This document shows positions 46,427-55,625 of a stretch of DNA of 64,000 nucleotides, in pieces (the first letter of the stretch is position 1; each line of letters opens with the position of its first letter). The stretch comes from an uncultured delta proteobacterium. GTDB taxonomy: Bacteria > Desulfobacterota > Binatia > UBA9968. The stretch covers positions 32,001-96,000 of the forward strand of contig CAWJZV010000015.1 of assembly GCA_963847445.1 (NCBI GenBank), given 5' to 3'. The notes under the pieces are model-generated. The model saw only the letters and a program-made list of their open reading frames with translations. It had not been told where the DNA came from and made no database searches. Made by a program: the position numbers and the translations under genes.

Positions 46427-47560
46427 CTACATCCCCATCATGCCGTAGTAGGTCGCGCAGTTGTCCCAGAGGATCTTGCGTTTGTCTTCATGACCGATGG
46501 GCAGTTCGAGAAAACGTTCGACGGCGCGGGGATACTTGGTGTCGACATGGGGGAAGTCGGTGGAGAAGACCAGCCGTTCATTGCCGAGATAGTCGATGGT
46601 GTATTTCACCGGCTCCTCGTCGCACTCCACCGAGGCGTAGCATTGGCGCTTGAAATAAAAGCTCGGCGGCTGCTGCAACCCCGGCGCCCATTGATCGCCA
46701 TACTGCTCCCAATGTTCGTCCAAGCGCCAGAGCAGAAACGGCAGCCAGCCGCAGTTGCCTTCGAGAAAAGCGACTTTCAATTTCGGGTGGCGATCCAAAA
46801 TGCCGCCGCCGCAAAACGCGCCGACGGCGAGCATCTGTTCGACCGGATGAGCATAGGTGTGGCGCAGCATGAAATCGTAGCCGAAATTGTCGCCTGACTG
46901 GCGCGCCAACGAGTTATTGGCTTCGTGAAAGCCTAGTGGTACGCACAGCTCTTCTAATGCCGACCAGAGCGGTTCGTAGTAGGGCTCATGCCAGTTGTGG
47001 CCGTTGACGATATTGGCGCGCAGAAATATCGCGCGAAAGCCCAACTGCTTGACGCAGCGCTCGGCTTCTTGGACGGCACGGTCGATATCGAATGGCGAGA
47101 TCATGCCGGCGCCGATCATTTTGCCGGGATCGGCTTGGCAAAAATCATAAAGCCAGTCGTTATAGGCGCGGGCAAGCGCCGCGGCGAATTCAGGATCCAG
47201 ATCGGGCACGCTGAGCAGATTCAAGCCGCGGCTGGGATAGAGAATCGCCACATCGATGCCTTCCTCGGCCATGGCGTCGAGCTGAACCTGCGGCGACCAG
47301 CCGCGCTCGTTGTGCGGTTTAAACAGTTTTTGGTTTTTGTGAAAAATATGGCCCGGCGGCGGCAGTGTTCCCGGCGCTGGATCGACGGGACGCCCCCAGG
47401 CTTTGCCATCAGGGCCGACGAGCCGCAGATCGCGCACATGATCGGTCAGGCCCACCGGCGCGCGCTGTTTGAACTTGGCATCCAGGTAGCGCTGCCAGAG
47501 GTCGGCGGGCTCGAGGATGTGCATGTCGCTGTCCAATACTTTGAAGCCGTGCTTGGTCAT
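46427..47560 (-). CDS. Amidohydrolase family protein
   Basis: VLDSDMHILEP, ILYPSRG, RAYNDW, LGFHE, AFLEGNCGW, FSTDFPH. Confidence 0.9.
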   Translation of the reverse strand: MTKHGFKVLDSDMHILEPADLWQRYLDAKFKQRAPVGLTDHVRDLRLVGPDGKAWGRPVDPAPGTLPPPGHIFHKNQKLFKPHNERGWSPQVQLDAMAEEGIDVAILYPSRGLNLLSVPDLDPEFAAALARAYNDWLYDFCQADPGKMIGAGMISPFDIDRAVQEAERCVKQLGFRAIFLRANIVNGHNWHEPYYEPLWSALEELCVPLGFHEANNSLARQSGDNFGYDFMLRHTYAHPVEQMLAVGAFCGGGILDRHPKLKVAFLEGNCGWLPFLLWRLDEHWEQYGDQWAPGLQQPPSFYFKRQCYASVECDEEPVKYTIDYLGNERLVFSTDFPHVDTKYPRAVERFLELPIGHEDKRKILWDNCATYYGMMGM

Positions 47561-47576
47561 TAGAACCTCCGAAGAT

Positions 47577-47695
47577 GTTCCAATCGTTCAAAACGTTCCA
47601 ATCGTTCAAGCCGTGGGAATTGCAGGAACAGACGGTTGCAAGCAACCGTCCGAAATACGTATTGAACGAATTGAACGGCTTGAACATTTTGAACG
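47577..47695. repeat. Inverted element with arms of four tandem 9-mers
   Basis: Left GTTCCAATC GTTCAAAAC GTTCCAATC GTTCAAGCC; right TTGAACGAA TTGAACGGC TTGAACATT TTGAACG. Confidence 0.8.
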
Positions 47696-47698
47696 CGT

Positions 47699-48647
47699 TC
47701 ATTCCGCCTTCGGATTCGTTGAAATATATCGCGCGGCTTTTTGCGGGTCCACACCTTCGGCGCGGAGCGCGACCTGCGCCGCTTCTTCCTGAAGTTTGAA
47801 CGTCACGGTGTAGGCGGACTTATCGCCCCAGCCGCGATTGATCGCCTTCGATTAGTTTTTGCTCGGCGATGTTCGCCAACGGCAACGACACGTTGAGATC
47901 GCGGCCCAAAGTCGTCGCCAGGCCGACGTCTTTGCGCAGCAGCTTGAGCGGAAAGGTGTCGGTCTCGTAGTCGTCGCGAAACACGTTCTGCGGCACTTGG
48001 CTGTGCAGCACGTGCATGCGCCCGACCATGCCGCGGCGCACGCACTCCCACAGCGCCACAGTGTCAACGCCGGCTTTGACACCGAGGGTGAGCCCTTCGG
48101 CGATGGCTTGAGCGATGGTGCTGTTGATCATTTGATGGACGAGTTTGCAAATACTTCCCGAGCCGAGCGGCCCGGCATGGATCACTTGATCGCCAAAGGC
48201 GTCGAGCACCGGCTTGGCGCGCTCAAAGATTTCTCTGGCGCCGCCGACCATCACTTCGTGAATGCCGCGCGCCGCGCCGGGTTGGCCCGACGCCACCGGT
48301 GCGTCTAACAGATGGGCACCTTTGGCGCGAAATAACGGTTCAAGGTCGCGCAGCAATGACGGCGGGCTAGTCGAGATGTCGATGTAGATGGCGCCGGGAT
48401 TTATTGCTTGGAGAATTTCTCTGGCACCCTTCTCGACGTCATCGGGCATCGGCAAGGCCGTGATTACAATGTCGCTGCGGTCAACAAGCGCGCTAATGGA
48501 GTCGGCGACCGTTGCGCCGCGCTCGCGAAACGGCCGAGTCGCTTCCGCGCGCAGATCGCAAACGATCATCGGAAAACCGGCTCGCTGTATATGTCCCGCA
48601 ACCGGTCCGCCCATGTTGCCCAAGCCTATGAATCCGACGGTTGGCAT
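47699..48647 (-). CDS. 3-hydroxyisobutyrate/2-hydroxy-3-oxopropionate dehydrogenase family (frameshift near 47845)
   Basis: VGFIGLGNMG, DISTS, LDAPVASG, GSGSICKL; C-terminus AINRGWGDK...NPKAE in the shifted frame. Confidence 0.87.
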
Positions 48648-48785
48648 ATTTTACCTCGTTGGTTCTGCTTATCGCAGAAGTGAGATTCGGGTGTCAATGC
48701 GGCGATCATGCGATTTCGGGAAATAATTTTCAGGTTGGTGATAGGGGCGAATTTTGTTAAGAGTTAAGGCTGCGGCGAAAGGAGA

Positions 48786-49778
48786 ATGACTATGGGTCAC
48801 ATGATGAACGGCAAATGGGTCGATGACGACCGGATCAGCGCCGATGTGCGCGGCGCCTTTGTGCGCGCCGATTCGCAGTTTCGCAGCTGGGTCACGCCCG
48901 ATGGCAGCGCCGGCCCTTCCGGCAGCGGCGGTTTCAAAGCCGAGCCGGGACGTTATCATCTGTTTGTTTCGTACAATTGCCCCTGGGCGCACCGGTCGAT
49001 CATCTTTCGTAAGTTGAAGCAGTTGGAAGGCGTGGTTTCGATGTCTCTGGCCGACAAACCCAAGACCGCGGGTTGGGCCTACTCGGAAACCATCGACGAT
49101 TTTCAACCCGAAGCTGACGGCGTGTTTCGGTTGCATCAAGTTTACGCCGCGGCGGATGCCAGCTACACCGGCAAAGTGACGGTGCCGACGCTGTGGGACC
49201 GCGAGCGGCGCACCATCGTCAACAACGAGTCGTCGGAAATCATCCGCATGTTCAACGCCGGTTTTCGCAATCACACGAAGGCCAGCTACGATTTCTATCC
49301 GGAGGCGCTGCGCGGTGAGATCGACAAAATCAATGAACTGGTCTACAGCCATTTCAACAACGGCGTCTATCGCGCCGGCTTCGCGCGCAGCCAGGAAGCC
49401 TACGATGAAGCGGTGAAGAAAGTGTTTGTCTGCTTGGATCAGATGGAAAAGTGGCTGAGCGAGCGGCGCTATCTAGCCGGCGATAGAATCACCGAAGCCG
49501 ACTGGCGCGCCTTTCCGACGCTGCTGCGCTTCGATCCGGTCTACCACGGCCACTTCAAGTGCAATTGGAAACGGGTGCAGGACTATCCGAACTTAACCAA
49601 TTATTTGCGCGAGCTCTACCAGTGGCCGGGGATCAAAGAGACCTTCGATTTACAGAAGACCAAGGCGGGCTACTACAGCCAGCGAAACGTCAACCCGACC
49701 GGTATTGTGCCCATCGGGCCGGACATGAGCCATCTAGAGGCGCCGCATGATCGCGGGCGGTTGCCTGCCGAGGGTTAG
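48786..49778 (+). CDS. yqjG: Glutathionyl-hydroquinone reductase (YqjG/ECM4-like GST)
   Basis: GRYHLFVSYNCPWAHR, TVPTLWD, IVNNESSEIIRM, NNGVYRAGF, FKCN. Confidence 0.9.
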   Translation: MTMGHMMNGKWVDDDRISADVRGAFVRADSQFRSWVTPDGSAGPSGSGGFKAEPGRYHLFVSYNCPWAHRSIIFRKLKQLEGVVSMSLADKPKTAGWAYSETIDDFQPEADGVFRLHQVYAAADASYTGKVTVPTLWDRERRTIVNNESSEIIRMFNAGFRNHTKASYDFYPEALRGEIDKINELVYSHFNNGVYRAGFARSQEAYDEAVKKVFVCLDQMEKWLSERRYLAGDRITEADWRAFPTLLRFDPVYHGHFKCNWKRVQDYPNLTNYLRELYQWPGIKETFDLQKTKAGYYSQRNVNPTGIVPIGPDMSHLEAPHDRGRLPAEG

Positions 49779-49784
49779 GATTGT

Positions 49785-49923
49785 CGCCGCAAAGAACGCA
49801 AAGGGCGCAAAGTTAGATTTCTCGCTTCGCTCGAAATGACAAGCCGACAAATGACTGAAGTCATCCGCATTGGGCAAAGAATTCGGCAAATCAGTTTTTG
49901 GGAACTTTGCGTTCTTTGCGGCG
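49785..49923. repeat. CGCAAAG-nonamer inverted element enclosing a second short palindrome
   Basis: CGCCGCAAAGAACGCAAAGGGCGCAAAG ... CTTTGCGTTCTTTGCGGCG; internal AGATTTCTCGCTTCGCTCGAAATGACA. Confidence 0.75.
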
Positions 49924-49950
49924 TCCCGTTTGACTCTTCCGTCGCAGCGG

Positions 49951-50370
49951 TTAGATTCGCTTCACGCTCTGCGGCCCGACTTTCTCGATGTTGATGCGGA
50001 TCAGAACGCGTTTTTCGTCGGTCATTTGTTTCTTGTAGTCTTCCCAGTTTTTGTGTTCGCCGCGCACGGTTTTGTACCAATAGATTAGCCCATCCATCGC
50101 TTGCGGTAGGTCTACGACCTCCGCGCTGCCGTGGATCTGGACGAATTTGGAGCCGCTGTATTGTTCGCCGAAGACCAGCATGGAGACGCGCGGGTCGCGG
50201 CGCAGATGTTTGACTTTATAGGTTGTGCCGCGCGAGGTCAGGATGACTCGCCCTTCGGCATCGATACCGGGAGTCACCAGGGTCATTTGCGGCAAGCCGT
50301 CTTTTTGTTTCACGGCGATGCAGGCGCGATGATTGTCTTGCAGGAATTTCTGTGCGGTTGCGACATCCAT
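49951..50370 (-). CDS. PPOX-class (pyridoxamine 5'-phosphate oxidase-like) probable F420/FMN-dependent oxidoreductase
   Basis: KDGLPQMT, KVKHLRRDPRVSM, VQIHGSAEV, EKRVLIRI. Confidence 0.85.
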   Translation of the reverse strand: MDVATAQKFLQDNHRACIAVKQKDGLPQMTLVTPGIDAEGRVILTSRGTTYKVKHLRRDPRVSMLVFGEQYSGSKFVQIHGSAEVVDLPQAMDGLIYWYKTVRGEHKNWEDYKKQMTDEKRVLIRINIEKVGPQSVKRI

Positions 50371-50379
50371 CAATCCTCC

Positions 50380-50628
50380 TCAGTCTGGTAATCCGTGGCC
50401 GTTCGAACCCGACACTTTGCCGTCGATCCAAAGCTTTGCCAATTCGAAACCGTAGGAATCGGCCTGCTCCTGGCTGTCGAAGGTGGCGTGGCGCCGGCCA
50501 TAGATCGGAATGCGCTTAGGCTTTTGACCGTCGTCGATCACGATGGTGGCGCGTGCCACCCATTCGCCGGCGCGAACTTCTTCGGCGTCGAGTTCGACGC
50601 CGTGGCCTTGGTAGGTTTGGTTACTCAT
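50380..50628 (-). CDS. Hypothetical protein (about 82 aa)
   Basis: YQGH...FDSQEQADSYGFELAKLWIDG; ends just before the RBS of the PPOX gene. Confidence 0.65.
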   Translation of the reverse strand: MSNQTYQGHGVELDAEEVRAGEWVARATIVIDDGQKPKRIPIYGRRHATFDSQEQADSYGFELAKLWIDGKVSGSNGHGLPD

Positions 50629-50719
50629 TAGCTGTAGCAAGTGACTGAAGGATCGACGGCGCAAGGATGCGATTCGCTCCGTCCCGTGGTCCTTCCTTCA
50701 TCCCTTCCGCCTATCTGTA

Positions 50720-51550
50720 TCAGATACTGACTTTGCCGCCATTCAACTTAATTCCCAATGCCGCGAGCGCTTCGACCACCGGAATCTCGGCGCCAAGCGC
50801 TTTGCCGACTTCCGCGGCAAGGGGCAGATCTTTGTCGTAAAGATTAGTGCCGGGATTGAATGTCATTTCGTTGCCGTCAAGTTGGTAGCGGGTGTCCCAA
50901 CGTTCGAGGATATGCGCCGAGCGGGTTTTCTGCATGAGATCGAGAGCGGCTTTGTAGCCGATGCCGCCGGCCTTGGCGATCTGCAGCGCTTCGTAGACGA
51001 CCAAGGCTTCGGAAGCCGTAACCATGTTTTTGAAAAGTTTGGTGACGTTGCCGCAGCCGAGCGGGCCCATGTGCACGGCGTCTTTGGCCATGTTCAACAA
51101 ATGCGGTTTGGCGCGGTCGAACAAAGCTTTTTGTCCGCCGACGAGAAAGGTCAGCCCGCCCTGGCGCACGACGCTCGGCACCGCGGTCATGCAGGCGTCG
51201 ATGACGTTGACGCGCTTGTCGGCGGCGGCTTGGGCGACTTTCTTGGTGGTGGTCGGACGGATCGTGCTGTGGAGCAGGACCAGCGAGCCCGGCGCGGCGC
51301 CTTCGACGACGCCATTTTCACCGAGCATGCAGTCGAGCACTTCTTGATCGGTGCGCACGACGACGTCGATGATGGTGCAGGCTTGGGCGACTTCCTTCGC
51401 CGAGTTCAGCGTCTGGGCGCCCTCGGCGCGCGCCGCTTCCTGCCCTTTGGGCGTGATGTCGAAGCTGACCGCGGAGACGTTGGCCAGTTTCAAACGCGAC
51501 AGCAGCCCGCTGCCCATGGCGCCGGTACCGACAAAGCCGATTTTTTCCAT
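50720..51550 (-). CDS. NAD(P)-dependent oxidoreductase, 3-hydroxyisobutyrate dehydrogenase family
   Basis: MEKIGFVGTGAMG, HSTI, GPLGCGNVTKL. Confidence 0.87.
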   Translation of the reverse strand: MEKIGFVGTGAMGSGLLSRLKLANVSAVSFDITPKGQEAARAEGAQTLNSAKEVAQACTIIDVVVRTDQEVLDCMLGENGVVEGAAPGSLVLLHSTIRPTTTKKVAQAAADKRVNVIDACMTAVPSVVRQGGLTFLVGGQKALFDRAKPHLLNMAKDAVHMGPLGCGNVTKLFKNMVTASEALVVYEALQIAKAGGIGYKAALDLMQKTRSAHILERWDTRYQLDGNEMTFNPGTNLYDKDLPLAAEVGKALGAEIPVVEALAALGIKLNGGKVSI

Positions 51551-51611
51551 AACGGTTTCCTCCCTAGATTCTAACGTTCGTTCTTGGTCTGTGTCGATTG
51601 CAATCGGGACT

Positions 51612-51688
51612 TTCACCACGAAGATTAGGACGGCCACGAAGGTTCTTGATAGAATATTTTCCGTGGCTCCATGTCCTTTGTGGTGCAA
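51612..51688. repeat. CACCACGAAG-family inverted element (degenerate)
   Basis: TTCACCACGAAG...CCACGAAGG / CCGTGG...CTTTGTGGTGCAA; same family as 53014-53240. Confidence 0.55.
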
Positions 51689-51708
51689 CCATCGGGGGCT
51701 CGTAACTG

Positions 51709-52723
51709 CTAGGCGTGTCCCTTTAGCTTCGGTCATGACTGCTTTCTTGAAACAGCTCCACGCGTGCGCAGCGATTCGGCGAGGCTGAGATCGCCGAAGG
51801 CGAATTGTCCGACCAGATAGTTCGCCGCCGATTCATCGAGCTGGGCTTGGAGAAACTGCCGCACGGTTTCCGGCGTGCCGGCGATCGCTTGGCCGATCTC
51901 CATCATTCGATCGAACTCGGGCGAGCGCGGATGGGCCGGCATGCGGCCGCTCAGGTGCGCCAGAAAGTAAAAATTCTTATGCCACACCGGATAGGCACGG
52001 CGGGCGATGTTGAGCGCTTCCTGGTCCGTGTCGGCGATGACGATGAAGCGGCTCAAGCCGAGTTTGCCCGTCGGCTTGGCGCCGTGCAGGGCGCGCCAGA
52101 CTTCACGATACTTGTCGTTGAAGCTGCGCGTGTCCTTGGCCGAATCGAGGCTGATCATGTTTAAACTTTGCTTTGCCGCGCGCTCGGACGGCCTCGACGG
52201 AGTGGACGCCGTACCACATCGGCGGATGGGGCTTTTGCAGCGGCTCGAGCTCCATCGGCACGTCTTTGAACTTGTAATGGTTGCCCTCGTAGTTGAGGAT
52301 TTTTTGCGTCAGTCCCTGAAGGATCAGCTCGCGTCCCTCGGTGTACATCTCTTGCGCCAACGCCGGGTCTTGGCCGTAAAGCGCGTTCTCCGTCGGCGAC
52401 GAGCCGCGGCCGAAACCGATCTCCAACCGTCCGCCGCTCAATTGATCGACCATGCAGATCTCTTCGATCAAGCGCAGCGGATGGTGCAAGGGCAGGGCGT
52501 AAACCATCGGCCCGAAGCGCAGTGTCTTGGTCCGCTGCGCGATGGCGGAAAGAAACACGCTCGGCGACGGCGCCAGGCCGATGGGTGTCGAATGGTGCTC
52601 AGCCAAGTGATAGGCGTAGAAGCCGGCGCGCTCGTAGGCCTCGATCAACTTCAGCCTGGCTTCGTAGTATTCGTTCAGAGGAAGCGCGTTGCGATCCAGA
52701 TGGTCGAAAATGCCGTAATCCAT
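51709..52723 (-). CDS. LLM-class flavin-dependent oxidoreductase (frameshifted)
   Basis: AEHHST, HPLRLIEEICMVDQLSGGRLEIGFGRG, PLQKPHPP, IAGTPETV. Confidence 0.88.
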
Positions 52724-52836
52724 ACCAGGCCGGATATATCGTGAATCGGCGGGAAATCAAAGTCGTTGGGGGAGATTTGTCCAAAACGCGTCAACAATGC
52801 TGTGATCACGCGCGAACGGTGCTATAAAAATATCTT

Positions 52837-52986
52837 ATGGAAAAGCCACCGATCCGAAAAGACTACTTCGAAGCCGAATGCGGTTGCCGGCAGTGGTACG
52901 AGTCCGTGCCGGGCGGTCCGGTGGAAGAGTTAGTGGAGGTTGTCGAATACTGCGAGACCCATGATATCGAGAGCGGCAGCGCTTGA
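52837..52986 (+). CDS. Putative 49-aa small protein with CGC...CxxH motif
   Basis: MEKPPIRKDYFEAECGCRQWYESVPGGPVEELVEVVEYCETHDIESGSA; extended -10 TGcTATAAA 8 nt upstream of the ATG. Confidence 0.55.
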   Translation: MEKPPIRKDYFEAECGCRQWYESVPGGPVEELVEVVEYCETHDIESGSA

Positions 52987-53013
52987 ATGGCAACCGATGA
53001 TGCGAGGATCCCA

Positions 53014-53240
53014 TTCACCACGAAGGCACGAAGATCACGAAGTTCGGATGAAATTATCCGAACTCTGCTCGTGTCTTCGAGCACACGGATGCAGGATGAT
53101 CTGCGCACGATAGCGATCTCGTTCCGTATGACGGGAGCCGGTATCCATTCGAGACCCTGTCCTGCATGCTCCGGATGAGGTCAGAGGACGGTTCGGAGTT
53201 TATCATTATCCGAGACTCGTGATCATGACCTTCGTGGTGA
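53014..53240. repeat. CACGAAG-repeat inverted element
   Basis: TTCACCACGAAGGCACGAAGATCACGAAGTTCGGA ... TCCGAGACTCGTGATCATGACCTTCGTGGTGA. Confidence 0.7.
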
Positions 53241-53282
53241 GATCGAATTTTATGTCCAGCTGCAAAAGTTCAAAGTGATTCG

Positions 53283-54344
53283 TTAGTGCGCGGCGTGCGC
53301 TTGCTGCTGCCTCGGCACTTCCAATCCGACGATGAACGCCGGGTTCACGGTACACATGGTGTAGATCTCGTCGTCGGTGCAGCCGAAGGCTGACATGTGG
53401 CCGCGCAAGAGCCGCAGCGATTCCACCGAGTTGGGGAATAGCGGTTCGCCGGCGTCGGACGACAGCGTGCAATGTTCGGGGCCGACGGTGCGAATCGCTT
53501 TATACATATTCCCAGGATCGATGCCGAGCAGCGGCGATAGTTCGTCGTAGGTGAAATTCAGCCACAGGCCGGCGGCGCCGGCTTCTTTCATTTCCTCGAT
53601 GGTCAAACTGACGAAGGGGCTAAACGGATGGTCGACGACGCCGCGCGTGAAGCCGATCTTCTGACAGTACTCCGCCATGGCGCGGAACTCCGGCTTGGTC
53701 GGATGGCCGAAGAAGACCGCGGCGTTGTGGTCGTGAGCCATGCGGAAGATCTCTTCGATCTCCGGCAAGAGGCGGCCTTTATCGTCGAGCAGGTAGTGGC
53801 CGTACTTGAGCGAGTCTTCCCAAGACAGCGGTTCGGTGTGCGCTTTCGGATCGGCATTTTTGTCCCAAGCGCTGGGCTTGCCGCCGACGATGTTGAGCGT
53901 GTTTGCCGAGGTGTTGTTGGGCATCCACAAACCTTTGACGCCGGATTTCAGGTTGTTCTCCGACCACGCCGGCTCGATCTTCGAGAGAAAACCTTGGGTG
54001 ACCGAGGCGCCGGCCCAGAGATGTACGGGGGTGTAGCCTTTTTCGGCGCACCACGACTCAAGTGTAGCGCGGATGGCCGCGACCGTTGCCGCCGAATCCT
54101 TGCGGCCGACGATGGTTTTGTAGAGGATGCCCGCCATGCCGCTTTTCGAGGCGAGCTTGGCGACGCCGAGAGCGTCCTGCTGTCCCTCGTGGGCGTGGCA
54201 ATGGATGTCGATGGAATCGTCGACGCCGATCACATAGTCGAGCGATGGATCGACGGGCCCTTGTTTGAAGCCGCGGCGGGCGGGATACGATGTCACCGAG
54301 CGAACCGCGCTCGGCGTAGAATAGTTGGGTCTGGTATCAGCCAT
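53283..54344 (-). CDS. DUF6282-like metal-dependent hydrolase (amidohydrolase/PHP-like)
   Basis: IDIHCH, GMAGILYK, LWMP, FGH, VVDHP, LSSDAG, NPA. Confidence 0.75.
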   Translation of the reverse strand: MADTRPNYSTPSAVRSVTSYPARRGFKQGPVDPSLDYVIGVDDSIDIHCHAHEGQQDALGVAKLASKSGMAGILYKTIVGRKDSAATVAAIRATLESWCAEKGYTPVHLWAGASVTQGFLSKIEPAWSENNLKSGVKGLWMPNNTSANTLNIVGGKPSAWDKNADPKAHTEPLSWEDSLKYGHYLLDDKGRLLPEIEEIFRMAHDHNAAVFFGHPTKPEFRAMAEYCQKIGFTRGVVDHPFSPFVSLTIEEMKEAGAAGLWLNFTYDELSPLLGIDPGNMYKAIRTVGPEHCTLSSDAGEPLFPNSVESLRLLRGHMSAFGCTDDEIYTMCTVNPAFIVGLEVPRQQQAHAAH

Positions 54345-54446
54345 GGTCAATCCTCCTGATTAACGATTTGATCGGAACATAGCGCTTCCGTCGGTCGCGG
54401 GCAAACTGAATTTAACATTGAAAGAAGATTCGCAAGCGGAGAATTG

Positions 54447-54515
54447 GCCGCAAAGAACGCATAGAACACAAAGGGATGAATTCGGAGTGTACAAGGGGCG
54501 GGTTTGAAACCCGCC
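54447..54515. repeat. CGCAAAG-nonamer arm plus REP-like palindrome
   Basis: GCCGCAAAGAACGCATAGAACACAAAG (same family as 49785) and GGCGGGTTTGAAACCCGCC. Confidence 0.65.
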
Positions 54516-54562
54516 ATCTTCAAATTGCCTCGTGATCTTCCTGGTGAGACGGTCGCTTCTGT

Positions 54563-55588
54563 TTACTTCACCTGTCCGGGAAATATTTTTGCGCCGTAGT
54601 CGCGGTTGACCTCTTTAATCAGGGTGTTGTCGAAAAATCGCCGTGGATCGAGGTCGGCGGCTTTGGCGACCGTCGATTGTTCGAGCACCAGTTTGATCGC
54701 GTCGCCGTCGACGGTCATGTCTTTGTTCCAGACTTTCTTGCCTTCCTGGTAACTTTCCTCGAGCAGTTTGGGGTCGGTGTTCTTTGTGTAGTGGGCTTCG
54801 ACCTGTTTGGCGGCGCGGGGATCGTCGAGGGCGCGTTTGATGCCGTCGAGATAGCCCATCAAAAAGATTTTTAACGTATTGGGATTCTTCTGCATGAAGG
54901 AACGGGCGACGCCGGTGCCGGGGCCGATGATTTTTAAGCCCCGCTTATAGAAGTCGATGATCACCGGATAGCCTTTGCTCTTGGCCATTTCCGTTTGCGG
55001 CGGGGTGACGATCAGACCGTCGGCGTTGTTCAGCACGAATGTCTGAAGGGCGTCCGGCGGTCCCTTGTGGTACAGCAGCTTGATGTCCTTGCCGATTTCC
55101 ATGCCGCGTTCTTTGGCGGTTTTGCGCATGGCGATCTCGCCGAAGGCGCCCACCGAAGTGGTTGCCACCGCTTTGCCGCGCAACCCTTCCAACGTAGTGA
55201 TGCCCTTTTGCCCGAACAGGACCAGCGTGCTTTTATCGACCGCCGCGCCGATGTAGATAACATCCGAGCCGGCGACATTGGCATGAATGGTTGCCGTGCC
55301 GCCCTGGTAAATATCGACCGTCCCCGAAAGCAGCGCCTGAGCGGATGCGGTGGCGCTCAGCACGGTCAGGTTGACGCGCAGTCCGCGCTTCTCGAAGTAG
55401 CCGGCATCGGCGGCGAGGAGCAGCGGCAGATAAAGCGGTCCGGTGGCGGCGATGGCGACTTCGAGCGTAGCTTTCTCTGGCTTTAACGTCGGACCCTGGG
55501 CGTTCGCCGTCGTGGCGATTACCGAAAAGATCAAAGCCGCGGCGCCAAACCTCACTGCGTGTTTGCTTCGAATGAATTGTTTCAACAT
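54563..55588 (-). CDS. NitT/TauT-family ABC substrate-binding protein
   Basis: PLLLAADAGYFEKRGL, LEGLRGK, TPP. Confidence 0.85.
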   Translation of the reverse strand: MLKQFIRSKHAVRFGAAALIFSVIATTANAQGPTLKPEKATLEVAIAATGPLYLPLLLAADAGYFEKRGLRVNLTVLSATASAQALLSGTVDIYQGGTATIHANVAGSDVIYIGAAVDKSTLVLFGQKGITTLEGLRGKAVATTSVGAFGEIAMRKTAKERGMEIGKDIKLLYHKGPPDALQTFVLNNADGLIVTPPQTEMAKSKGYPVIIDFYKRGLKIIGPGTGVARSFMQKNPNTLKIFLMGYLDGIKRALDDPRAAKQVEAHYTKNTDPKLLEESYQEGKKVWNKDMTVDGDAIKLVLEQSTVAKAADLDPRRFFDNTLIKEVNRDYGAKIFPGQVK

Positions 55589-55625
55589 GATCGGTCTCCT
55601 AAGTGCACAGCAATTTCCAGTAACG

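Noticed and set aside
41970-47695. Short tandem repeats as a possible CRISPR array
   Set aside because: Units are 7-9 nt with no unique 25-45 nt spacers, and no cas genes are in the window
50720-51736. Apparent N-terminal extension or LLM-dehydrogenase fusion
   Set aside because: The extension runs through an intergenic repeat; RBS GGAGG precedes ATG 51550 and the LLM gene ends at TAG 51709 after indel correction
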